Part shown: piece after piece, positions 37,000-47,819 of the stretch
Layout: every line of letters starts with the position of its first letter
How positions within the stretch are numbered: position 1 is the first letter of the stretch
Origin: Takakia lepidozioides
Taxonomy: Eukaryota; Plantae; Bryophyta
Reading direction: 5' to 3'
Length of the DNA: 64,000 nt
Assembly: GCA_030704615.1 (NCBI GenBank)
Contig: CM060731.1
Coordinates: forward strand, 1,240,001 to 1,304,000
Made by a program: the position numbers and the translations under genes
The notes under the pieces: generated by a model
What the model saw: the letters and a program-made list of their open reading frames with translations, nothing else
Told to the model about the DNA's origin: nothing
Databases searched by the model: none

Positions 37000-37725
37000 T
37001 GTCGCGCACCTCACTTCGGTAAGCTCCCCCTCAAGTCATAGTTACTCGCTTTGATGCGCGCGCCTGACTCCCAACCTGGCCGGGCCAACTTGGAGCTTCG
37101 GCTGCTCACCGGGGCATAACGGTCCCCCTTTGCTCTCCCAAAGAACCCTCCACCGATTTGGAACCAGCGGGAATTCCCTTTGGTAGTTGGCAGTCCGGAA
37201 CAGCTCCCCACTCTTTGGTCGCTTTCCGGCTCGCTCGCTTACTCACTAGTTTTTGGTCACCAACGGGCTTGCACCGTTCTCGGGGTTACTACTCCCTATA
37301 TATACTTCTGTAGCTGTCCGCGGGGGTTTCACAACCAGCCATGCCATTTTATGGCGAACCACCACGAAAACCCTCGACTCCCGGTGATGAGTCGCGGTGA
37401 GTCTTGGCCCACTCACCACGGCCCCTATGGACCGTGATGAGTCCCAAGACTCCCCACGACTCCCACCACGAGGTCTCCGCCCCCATGGTGAGTCCTATGC
37501 CACCCCCACTAAGTCCCGCTAAGCTACCACCACCCCTTGTGGAGCCACCCCCACCGCAACCCGGTGTGCGGGGCTCCACCTAGTGAGCGCCTCCGCCCCT
37601 TGAGTGCCTTGGGCACTCAAGGGTGCTTCAGCCCCCCATACCTATCGCTGCCACTGCCCCCACCACAGGGGCAACCCCTCATGTGTCCGACCCCCCCCCT
37701 GCCCTCAAGGCAAAGGGCCGCGACA
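37000..37725 (-). repeat. 5' LTR of inner element
   Basis: TG...CA termini, adjacent PBS and adjacent TSD. Confidence 0.93.
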
Positions 37726-40303
37726 CCGCGATCTTGGCGAAATTTCTCACATACTTCCGGTAATAGGAGGCGAGTCCTAGGAAGGATCGCACTCCCGGGA
37801 CCGAAGTCGGAGGCTCCCAGTCCAAGATCGCCCTCACCTTTCTGTCATCCGTTTTGATCCCATCCTGTGTAATCACATGCCCATAAACTCCACTTTCGTG
37901 ACCCCGAATTCGCACTTTGAAGCTTTGGCGTACAGCTTCCCTTCCCGCAACTTTTGGAACACCCTTTTGAGGTGCTCCAGGTGCTCCTCCTTGTTTTCGA
38001 GTACACCAAGATGTCGTCGATGTACACGATCACAAAGTCATCCAACCACTCCTGGAAAAGGTTCATCAGCGTGCTAAAGGTCGCAGGTGCATTGGTGAGC
38101 CCAAAAAGCATCACCAAGAACTCATATGAACCATACCTTGTCCTGCACGCGGTCTTCTCCTCATCTCCTTCCGCCACCCGAATTTGGTGATAGCCGGAGC
38201 GCAAGTCGATCCGGCTGAAATACTTCGCTCCTGCCAACCGATCGAAAAGGTCGTCGATCCTTGGCAAAAGGTACCGGTTTTTGATAGTCACCTTATTCAA
38301 GCCCTGTAATCGACACACATCCGCAGCGTCCCATCCTTCTTGTCTGCAAATAGCACCGGGGCTCCGTAAGGTGACTTACTCGGCCGGATGTACCCCTTTG
38401 ACATTAGATCCTTGAGCTGAGTCTTCAGCTCGACCAACTCTCTGTGGCTCAACCGGTAGGGCGCCTTGGCAGGCGGTTCCGATCCCGGTATCACCTCAAT
38501 CTTGTGGTCAACTCCTCTTCGCGGTGGCAAGCCGCTTGGTAAATCCTCCGGCATCACATCCTGGTATTTCTCCAAAATCCCCTTGATCCAATCTGGGCTC
38601 GGCTCCCCATCGCCTTCTCCTTTCACTTCTCTAATGTAAAGCAAAACTGGGGCTCGTGTGCCTCCTCCACGGCCCACTCCCCCCGCGGGGGATTTGGGCG
38701 TTTCCGACACTCGTAAGACCTCGCCACCATTCCCACATGGCAGCGTGACTACTCTCTTGCGGCCATCTATGACCGCTCCGGATTTGCTCAAAAAGGTCAT
38801 CCCCAAAATGAGATCCACTCCATCGATCTCGCAGATGGTGAAGTTCTCACGTCCCTCCCAACTCCCCAGTTGAAGAGGAACATCAAACGCCAACCTTGTC
38901 GCCATCTGTGGTTCTCCTTTGGCAGAACGCACCTCAATAGAGGCCCCACGTCACTTGTCGGGAGTCCCAACTTTCGCGCCGCCGCCGGCGTCATGAAGGA
39001 GTGCGACGCTCCTGTGTCCACCAACAACGACACGTTAGTTCCGGATATTATCCCATCCACGAACAATAACTGACTCCCTTTACGCAGGGCGCCAGTTTCT
39101 GATACAACTCACAAGAATAGTTGTCTACCTTGCAAGTCCTGGCGACCACCGCTTCCACCAAGCGACTGATGGAATCTTCCGACAGCTCCGTGGTTGCCCG
39201 AGTCATGTTCAATTGTCGAGGTTTCGTGCACTTCTTGGCCATGTGCCCGGGCTCCCCGCAATTGAAACCACACTCCATCAAAGGTCGCCTTCTGTCCGCC
39301 ATAAGCCGCTCACCCGCTTTTCCTTTCGAAGCACCGGGTGCCGCCTTGACGTGTGAAGGCCCTCCCTTCGATTTCCACGTGCCATTGTCGCCGCGTGGCC
39401 TATCCCACTTCTTTTCCGGTCGGAAGGAGTCACCTTCCCGCCGGGTCTTCTTGTGGTTCAGCTCCGTACGGCCTTGTCTCACCCTTAGGGACATCCGAGA
39501 AACATTCAGCCCTCTTAATTGCCTCGTTCAAAGTCTTGGGTGGCTTCTCCTCCAACTTCCGCCTGGCCCATGGGGCCAGTCCCGCCACAAAGTTGAAGAC
39601 CATTTCTGGTTCTGCCATGTCCGCGACTTCGAGCAACAGCACATTGAAAGCCTGGACATACCCCCGAATGTCATCTGTTTGCTTCAAATTCCTCATCTTG
39701 TCCCGGGCAAGCCAGGACGCGTTGAGGGGCACAAACTGTCTCTTCATCAATTCCTTGAACCCACTCCAGTTCAAGGTTTCCGGGCTTGGACCTCGGTCGT
39801 GAAGGCGTTTCTGCCACCATTGTTGAGCATAGCCCCTCAAATAGGTGGGAGCCACTTCCACCCGATCCTCGTCACTCAACTTGGCCGCCCGGAAGTACTG
39901 CTCTAGCTCCAAGAGCCAGGTGTTGAGTGCCTTCCGATTTCGGACGCCCTCGAAGGTGTCGGGTTCCTTAGGCTTCACCTTAAACTTTGCCTTAGTGGGA
40001 GTGGCATTAGCCGCCTTCAACACGTCTTTCAACGTCCCGCCAAACTGCGCCAACAACCCTTCCCAAAAGGCTGCCGGCATGGGAGGCATCTCTTGGTTTG
40101 TCGGAGCTCTCAAGGATTCCTCCCGCTCTTGAGCGGCCTCGTTTTCGGAAACATGCATCGCTTCCTCAAACGGCCGCCTCGGTGACACGTCGCCCCCATC
40201 GGGCTCACCAGGGTCATCATCTTTTGGGCCGTTCCGCTTTCGCTTCGGCTTGCCCGACCCCATGATGAGGCCAATCCCAAGGACGATCACGTACTGAACT
40301 CTA

Positions 40304-40315
40304 GCTCTGATACCA
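40304..40315 (-). promoter_or_regulatory. Primer-binding site, tRNA-iMet, outer element
   Basis: gctctgatacca 2 nt from the LTR edge. Confidence 0.9.
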
Positions 40316-40317
40316 AG

Positions 40318-41040
40318 TGTCGCGCACCTCACTTCGGTAAGCTCCCCTTCAAGTCATAGTTACTCGCTTTGATGCGCGCGCCTGACTCCCAACCTGGCCG
40401 CCGGGCCAACTCGGAGCTTCGGCTGCTTACTGGGACATAACGGTCCCCCCTTCGCTCTCCGAAGGACCCTCCACCTATTTGGGCCTAGTGGAATTCCCTT
40501 TGGTAGATGGCAGTCCGGAACAGCTCCCCACTCTTTGGTCGCTTTCCGGCTCGCACGCTTACTCACTAGTTTTTGGTCACCAACGGGCTTGCACCGTTCT
40601 CGGGGTTACTACTCCCTATTTATACTTCTGTAGCTGTCCGCGGGGGTTTCACAACCAGCCATGCCATTTTATGGCGAACCACCACGAAGACCCTCGATTC
40701 CCGGTGGTGAGTCGCGGTGAGTCTTGGCCCACTCACGCGCCCCCAATGGACCGTGATGAGTCCCAAGACTCCCCACGACTCCCACCTCGAGGTCTCCACC
40801 CCATGGTGAGTCCTATGCCAACCCCACTAAGTCCCACTAAGCTACCACCACCCCTTGTGGAGCCACCCCCACCGCAACCCGGTGTGCAGGGCTCCACCTA
40901 GTGAGCGCCTCCGCCTCCTTGAGTGCCTTGGGCACTCAAGGGTGCTTCAGCCCCCGTACCTATCGCTGCTACTGCCCCCACCACAGGGGCAGCCCCTCTT
41001 GTGTCCCGACCCCCTGCCCTCAAGGCAAAGGGCCGCGACA
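40318..41040 (-). repeat. 5' LTR of outer element
   Basis: Same LTR family, visibly more diverged from the two inner LTRs than they are from each other. Confidence 0.92.
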
Positions 41041-41570
41041 ATAACGCAAGAACCATGTTAAGGGTGTCCTTTCGGCCCAGCAGAACTCTCCTCGAGGGGG
41101 TGGCTTGGGATCTGGTATCCCAGTCAGAGTTTCTAAACTCTAATTCTAAAGGCAGAATCCTGGCACATGTGCCCTTGCCCGATATGCAGTAGGGTCCCTT
41201 CAGAGTCGGCTATAAATCTTAGGCCTTCCCAGTGCAATGCAGAGTTGGAGATAGCTAGTAAGGCAAAGAATCTGTCACCTTCATAATTACCGAGCCAACA
41301 CGGGAGGCTATTCTGTGAGTTGTCTCCCCCGGTCAGTAAAGGCAGAACGTATGACACTCCTTGCTTAATGTGCTCCCATCCGTGTGTATGATAGAACTCG
41401 CGGAAATGAGCGTAAACAGGATGTTGGGATGCAGAAAGCCTCCATTTTCCCATATATCGGCTATGTGTGAAAGTCCTTTGGAGTCCCAAGTAGCCCATTT
41501 TTTGTGAAGAGAGATGAGGGGGGCATCGTCCAGATTGTTGTTTCCGAACAACGGCTAGTGACAACGATTG
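41041..41570 (-). mobile_element. Possible degraded LINE (L1-like) ORF2 C-terminal remnant
   Basis: KKWATWDSKGLSHIADIWENG resembles the W-x-x-x-G-[IL]-x-x-[IL]-x-D-[IL]-W motif of L1-type ORF2. Frameshifted, and no RT core recognised. Confidence 0.35.
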
Positions 41571-43845
41571 TTATCAAAGCTGATCGGTTCTAGACCGCAT
41601 CTTCTTTTTTTCCCCTTAGCCCCTAGTCGAAGAGTTGAATCTTTACTGATGAGCAAATTAGTGTATGTAATCCATCTGCACGTTGTAAATGCGAATCAGT
41701 AATGTTCAAAAGCAACCGAGTTTTGAGCCTGGGATGCCATTAACACCGGCCGCACACCAACCTCAATGTAGTAAGTTCAACACAAGTCAATCAAGCACTA
41801 CAGGGCTAAAAAGCCTAAAAGCACATAAGTAGGCATGGGTGGGTCAGAGCTGGGAGTTGCAGGTCCAGAGGCATGTTACAAAGTCCAACATCCAACTGAG
41901 GATCTGAGAGTCTGCCTTTGCTGCAAGATCCTTTACAACCCAACTTTTGATTTCGAAACTTACTCTAACTTATAACAAAAGGTGCATTCTTCTGCTCCGA
42001 TCCTAGCTAGAAAGACAGTCTGTCTGATTGTTGGGGGAAGCGATGGCTAACAAGACGGCAACAATTGTCCTGAACAGAGTGGTGCTTTGTTGCAAACATA
42101 ATACGTGTTCATCTTAGCAAGTTCTTGGAGAGACTCCAAGCACGTGATGGAGAATGGGATGGTACATCCGAGTGTAGTCGCACAGCAGATCTCCATAACT
42201 ACAGGACATAAAAGCGGCAGTGCGGTTAGGTAGGCACATAAGGAGGGCTCATTCATTCCTTGAAGCCGCAGCCGTCGAGGGACGGTTGGATGGCGGCATG
42301 TTCGCAGTGTGCGAAGATAAACAATACGTTCAACGTCAGAAGCTTTTTCACATGCCAGGATGCTAGAATCTATCATTACATACTCTTTCTCGTAGGCTAG
42401 CCTACCCAATGAGGCAATGGTGGTGCTGGTGCTACGCAGCTGTAGCTCTGTCAAAGATCGGTGCTCTCTTAACTGTCTCTCAGTTTTGTTGCCAGTTGTG
42501 TCAGTTCTGAGTGGTGTGCTCGGCGGGTCGCTGTAGGCTAACCCAGTGTTTTGTGCTCGGCCATGGCCTGCACGCGCTAGCAGCAAGTCTCTTTGGGCCA
42601 CGTTTGTGGGAAAGTATGAAGCAAAGAGTCTCACTCGCCCCGAAGGTTATTTCTTCCATCATAAGTTAGCTCCCATGGCAGATCATGTCACAAGGAAGCT
42701 TACCGCGCGGCCATGCCCATTGTTCGAAGTTGGTGCAAATGCGAGATAGAAAAGGACCGCGGAACATGGGTCCACGAACTGTCAACGATCTTCATTATAC
42801 TGCATTAACCATGGGGGACAAAGCTAGTGAGCTGGGGGGCAGTGCCCACCGTCTGAGGAAGGACACTGTTTAAGAGGGATACAGCTGGAATAGACTTGTG
42901 CAGATCTTCCTTTGTGCGCGTGCCGTTTGAACTTTGCAAAGGCAGCACGAGGAGCTTACTTCTAAGTTCTAACGTTCTAACTTCTAACTCTTATTAAACG
43001 ACACTGCCGGATCCATCTCTCACATTAGAGGCACACATTTGGGAGTCAGTGAAGAATTCGAGATCATAATTTGGATCCGCCCAAATTCTTGAAGGAAACA
43101 TACTGGAGTCATAATCATAAGCAGAATTGAAACTCATAGTGCAGACGAGTCGTCTAGAAGTCAGTCTTACTTTACAAGTGTATAAGAGACTCGTCTCTCC
43201 AAGCATTTACAAAGCTCATAGGATATTATTTTTTTCGAAAACTTATAATGATTGCATGACAGTTGGAAGCAGTATGTATATGATTAGATCTTCAAACTGA
43301 ACTTCGAGCCTACTCATGAACTTCCCCCTCAACTTCTCAACAGTTCCTCTGGGTAACTGACAGCAACCCACCCCGTGGGTCCTTGAAGTTCAGCCACGTA
43401 AACTAGAGAAGCGTGTACCCCCTCCCTGTTTGCTCGCCGCTCCAATGGGTTTCATTCCCCTCCGCATGCCTGGATGAATTTAGATCTGAACGCAAAACAT
43501 TTACAACTTTCCTCCAATGGGACCCTTCAAATGGTTGTACTGAGTTAGTATTCACCTCCACTGTACCCTAGGTTTAGTACTAAACAGAATAGGAATTCCG
43601 GTGGTCAAACAATTCTCGGTATACTATACTCATCACTCAGCCAGAGAGAGCTTTTGTCAGTGTGATGCCTTTCAAGTCATCAAAGGAAGAATTGAAATAA
43701 AATCTCGACAGCTAGGAAAACCACCTTGGGATCTTCGGGTGTCACAGTATCCGTGTGTGCATGCTTTTGTCCAGCTCGACCTTGACAGTGGAGTCGGATG
43801 CGTAGTAGCTTCGCGAGGCTTCACGTCACTGTGCTGCTGGATTTT

Positions 43846-44206
43846 GCCAAGCATTAGATGGGGCCCTGGAGTTGAACGCGAGGGAGCCGGTTCAGCCAGC
43901 GTGGACCCCCGCCACCCCATGCCCACCCCCGCCTCCGTCGCCCGCACACCGCGCGGCACGCCTCCCGCGCCTCATGTGCCCGCTGCGGGGACATGAGACG
44001 TGTCCTCACCCGCATCCCCATCCCGCCTCCCATCCTGGCATGCCATCGTCGTCCAGCAGCGGGCACATGAGGCGCGGGGAGGCGTGCCGCGCGGCAGCGG
44101 CCGCGCGGGTGTGCGGGCGACGGGGGGTGGGCATGGGTGGCGGGGGGTCCACGCTGGCTGAACCGGCTCCTTCGCATTCAACTCCAGGGCCCATCTAATG
44201 CTTGGC
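43846..44206. mobile_element. Fold-back MITE (~361 bp, ~140-bp GC-rich inverted arms), probably Mutator-like
   Basis: gccaagcattagatg...gccctggagttgaa...gagccggttcagccagcgtggacccc is mirrored at the right end. Flanks CTGGATTTT / CTGGAGCTT form an imperfect 9-bp TSD (7/9). Confidence 0.8.
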
Positions 44207-44725
44207 CTGGAGCTTATACTTGTTTGGAGTCCTTGGGTTGGTCTACTTGTATGTCCCTACAATCTACTTGACATACTTGGGTCTCATTTTGGCAAGATCA
44301 AGCTTTCACAGGCAGGCCTCACGAAATCGAGGCAGCTGTCACAGACAATCTCCAGAAGGAGTTCTCCGCTGTCTTCTCCCCTGGACTTGCGAGAGAGGAC
44401 AATTGCACTACTCGATGTGGGATGCTGGATAGTCCGCTGCTGGATCGATGAGCTGAATTCCTCTCACACGGAATATTTCTGAAGGCCAAGGCCTCCAACC
44501 AAGCTGTCACGTATGTAGATGTTGTTTGGCGAACCAGAACCTAGCCTCCTCCATGCGGTCGATCTCCAGCTGAAGTCAGAAACCAATCCTGTAGTCAGGA
44601 GCTAACTTTTTCCATGAATGAACTCCGGATCCGACTAGCCTAAGTTCTGGCAGTTCAACCATTCTACATGTGCTCCTTACGTGAATGAGCAGGAGAATCG
44701 AATCTTTTTGCCTCTTGCTTGCTCA

Positions 44726-46787
44726 ATGGCACCTTGCAATGTGCTTGTCTTCCTCCTCGCACTTTTAGAGGTATTTTCTCAGCTTAGATTGGCAACAGCT
44801 CAACCTCAAGGAAACTCAACATGGGCTCTACTACTCAATAATGCGGGCATAGCCGCAATGCACGTGGCAGTGACAAACACAGGCACGGTGATATTTCTGG
44901 ATCGGACTGATATAGGACCTTCCCAACTAAATCTGTCAAATGGACAGTGCCGAGATGATCCAAATGATCAAACCTTAACCCACGATTGCACAGCCCACTC
45001 TGTCATGTTTAATCCTGCAACAAGCACTGTGCGACCTCTTACAGTCCAAACAGATACATGGTGCAGCTCCGGCCAGTTCTTACCCAACGGCACATTGTTG
45101 CAAACTGGTGGAGATAACGACGGCAACAAAAAAATCAGGTATATATCACATTGGATCCACATGATCAGAATGGGAAGAAGATCGTGATAACAGGGTTTTA
45201 GTGCGGGAGCTGTTCTTGTTCAACCTAGATTCGTTTCAAAACTTTCGAACTCTATGGTTGAGATCTCTAGACGGAAGTAAAAGTAAAGACACTTGCAAGC
45301 TTTGCGAATTTCACGTAGGTCGGCATGGCCGAACTATAGATTTTCACAAGTGATCTAAGATGGTTTTCTTCAATGTGCAGGTATTTCACGCCATGCCCAG
45401 CCGATGGCACCTGTGACTGGGTTGAATCAACTACAGATTCTCTCTTAGCAGGCCGATGGTATGCCAGTAACCAGCTGCTGCCAGACGGACGGGTCATTGT
45501 GGTCGGTGGCCGGGATTCTACTGCCTACGAGTTTGTACCAAATCGAGGACTTGGGCTGTTCACCCTCCAGCTCTTGGTTTCTACTGGCTACTACAACTAC
45601 TATCCATTCATTCACTTGCTGCCCAATGGACATTTGTACATTTTTGCCAACCGGGATTCTGTCTTGCTCGATTACAACTCAAACACAGTGCTGCAGACAT
45701 ATCCAACCATCCCGGGGGAGCCCAGAAATTACCCTTGTGCAGGATCCAGTGTCATGCTGGCTTTGGAGGGGACTTATACGGATGCAGACGTGCTTGTGTG
45801 TGGGGGTGCCAACATCATGGCACCAGGGAACGTCACAGCTCAGTATCCTGCATCCCAGACTTGCGGGCGCATGACAGTCACGTCAGCCAGCCCGAGTTGG
45901 AACATGCAGCAAATGCCCATCGTCCGCGCCATGGGGGATATGGTGATGTTGCCCAACAGCCAGGTATTCTATGCTGCTCTCTGTGTGAGTCGACTCTCAA
46001 TCCTTGCTCATAGCGATGATGCTCCTCCGTCTTTGATGCACTAGGATGTAGACCTCCGAATGGTTTGGACCCCTCTTCCATACTGCCAGCATCTCTCCTT
46101 GTGGTCTTTGCAGCAATGCATTGGGCCAATTCTTTAAACGGAACAGGGTTGAGCAGCTCCATCTGATGGACAGAAACTTTGCAGATACTCATAATCAATG
46201 GCGCTCAAAATGGAGCGCAAGGGTGGAATGGAGCATCCAACGCAGCACTCAATCCAGTGCTATACGACCCTGACTCAGCAACGTTCGAGGTACTGCCAGC
46301 CAGTCCCATACCCCGAGTGTATCACTCCATAGCCACTCTCCTCCAAGATGGGCGCGTGTTAGTTGCAGGGAGCAACTGCCATCAATTCTACACATTCACT
46401 GGGGAATTCCCAACAGAGCTGAGGGTGGAAGCTTTCCAGCCTTCATACTTGGACCCCATCAACAACCCACAGAGACCGGTTTTTGTGACGAGTAGCCTCA
46501 CTGTCAACTACAATACTCCCTTCAACGTCAGCATCACCGTCCCAACCGCAGTCACTGGAAACATACAACTCACACTCACCAGTGCTCCTTTCACAACACA
46601 CTCTTACTCGCAAGGCCAAAGACAAGTCAAGCTTCCTGTTGCAGCTCCAGTAGCAACTGGAAACAATGCCTACACTGTCAGTGCTCTGGGACCTGCCAAC
46701 TCGAATTTAGCTCCAAGCTGCTGGTATATGCTATTTGCCATCAACAACGGCATATCTGGGCCTGCAATCTGGGTTCTTGTTGAGTGA
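44726..46787 (+). CDS. Secreted glyoxal/aldehyde oxidase (AA5_1/GLOX-like), copy 2; exons 44726-45138, 45381-45963, 46185-46787
   Basis: Same motifs and intron positions as copy 1; spliced length 1599 nt, in frame. Confidence 0.93.
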
Positions 46788-47111
46788 AGATGATGCTAGG
46801 TTGGCATCTCTGCATCTCTTCTATTACCCTGTAGGGAGCTGGTCTTCCACCCGGTGCGCATGCTGGAAACAACTTGCTACAATTTGAAGCAGCGAATTTG
46901 GGTGGCACATTTATACTATCACATCAATATGTGATGCAGCGCAAGCATACATGCAGGACTAACACATCTGCAGGATTTCCTTCTGCAAGATAGGGTGGAG
47001 AATTTGGGACAAACCACCAACTGGTGGTATATGAGCAGATGGAACGCTGCAAAATAAGTCAAAGGTAGCAAGAGAGGAACAAATCTGGCAAAGCATTAGA
47101 GTTATCCGTAA

Positions 47112-47425
47112 CGTGAGCCTGAGTTTGGTACCCTGTTTGGACCCGAGTTACGGGTTTCATCCTGAGTTTTGAGTTAATCCGTAAAGTGCAGAAAACTGAG
47201 CACGAAGTCAGAAAAGAGGGCACCAAATCATAAACTGGGGATGTGGGCAACTGTTGCTATGGCGCGAGCTCCTGAGCTCTGACCGCCTCCGCCTCGACTA
47301 CTAACAAAACTCGGGTCCAAACTCCTGCCACCCCCATTTTCCTAGTCCTGGCAGTTTGGTCCCGTGTTTTTTTCTAGTCGTACCGTATGATCCTGAGTTT
47401 CGAGTTTCATACCGAGTTTTGGCGT
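47112..47425. repeat. Small degraded MITE-like repeat with GAGTTT/AACTCG motifs
   Basis: gtttggacccgagtt (~47136) is inverted to aactcgggtccaaac (~47308); atcctgagttt and ccgagtttt recur. Confidence 0.4.
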
Positions 47426-47819
47426 CTATTAGTACTAGACCTTAAAACATGGAACATCAAATTTGATCATTGGTTTCAATATTTATGCATGTGGAAACTA
47501 ATAACTACTGTCACAAAAAATGTGACCTCTTTTGGCACACACTAGTATTAAGTTGGTTTGCTAACTAACTTTATTGCATTAACATTAATCTTGACAAAAT
47601 GCTAACTACTACATCTGTGCAGCAAATGGAAAAGTAAAAAGCTACAACTCCCAGTTTACAAGTAACTTACATAAATATACAAGCCACCAATATGTTCAAG
47701 TAACAATAACGATTCCGGCCTGAGGCACAGAAAAGTACAACATCCTCTCAAGTTCGCATAATAATAGTCTCTGTTGTGTACTAACTCAAAGTGAGGAGAA
47801 AAATGCATATAGACAAAAT

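Larger units (their letters stand above)
31035..37725 (-). mobile_element. Inner copy of the same chromovirus with both LTRs, PBS, PPT and 5-bp TSD CCGCG; integrase zinc-finger region deleted
   Basis: LTRs 31035-31766 and 37000-37725 (TG...CA). PBS 36986-36997. Purine-rich tract next to 31767. CCGCG at 31030-31034 and 37726-37730. Confidence 0.93.
28691..41040 (-). mobile_element. Outer chromoviral Ty3/gypsy retrotransposon: 5' LTR 41040-40318, PBS, gag-protease-RT (40303-37731), interrupted by the inner copy, then RNaseH-integrase-chromodomain (31034-29069); 3' end truncated (no PPT or 3' LTR)
   Basis: [61 protein letters not shown], chromodomain YEVEAIL...YLVKWKGY...SW. Homology to the inner 3' UTR stops at 28691. 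Confidence 0.92.

Noticed and set aside
31035-41040. Tandem LTR-sharing retrotransposon array, or programmed frameshifts in gag-pol
   Set aside because: The TSD and the split RT show nesting. The many 1-bp indels differ between the two copies and often sit in homopolymers, so they are decay or long-read errors.
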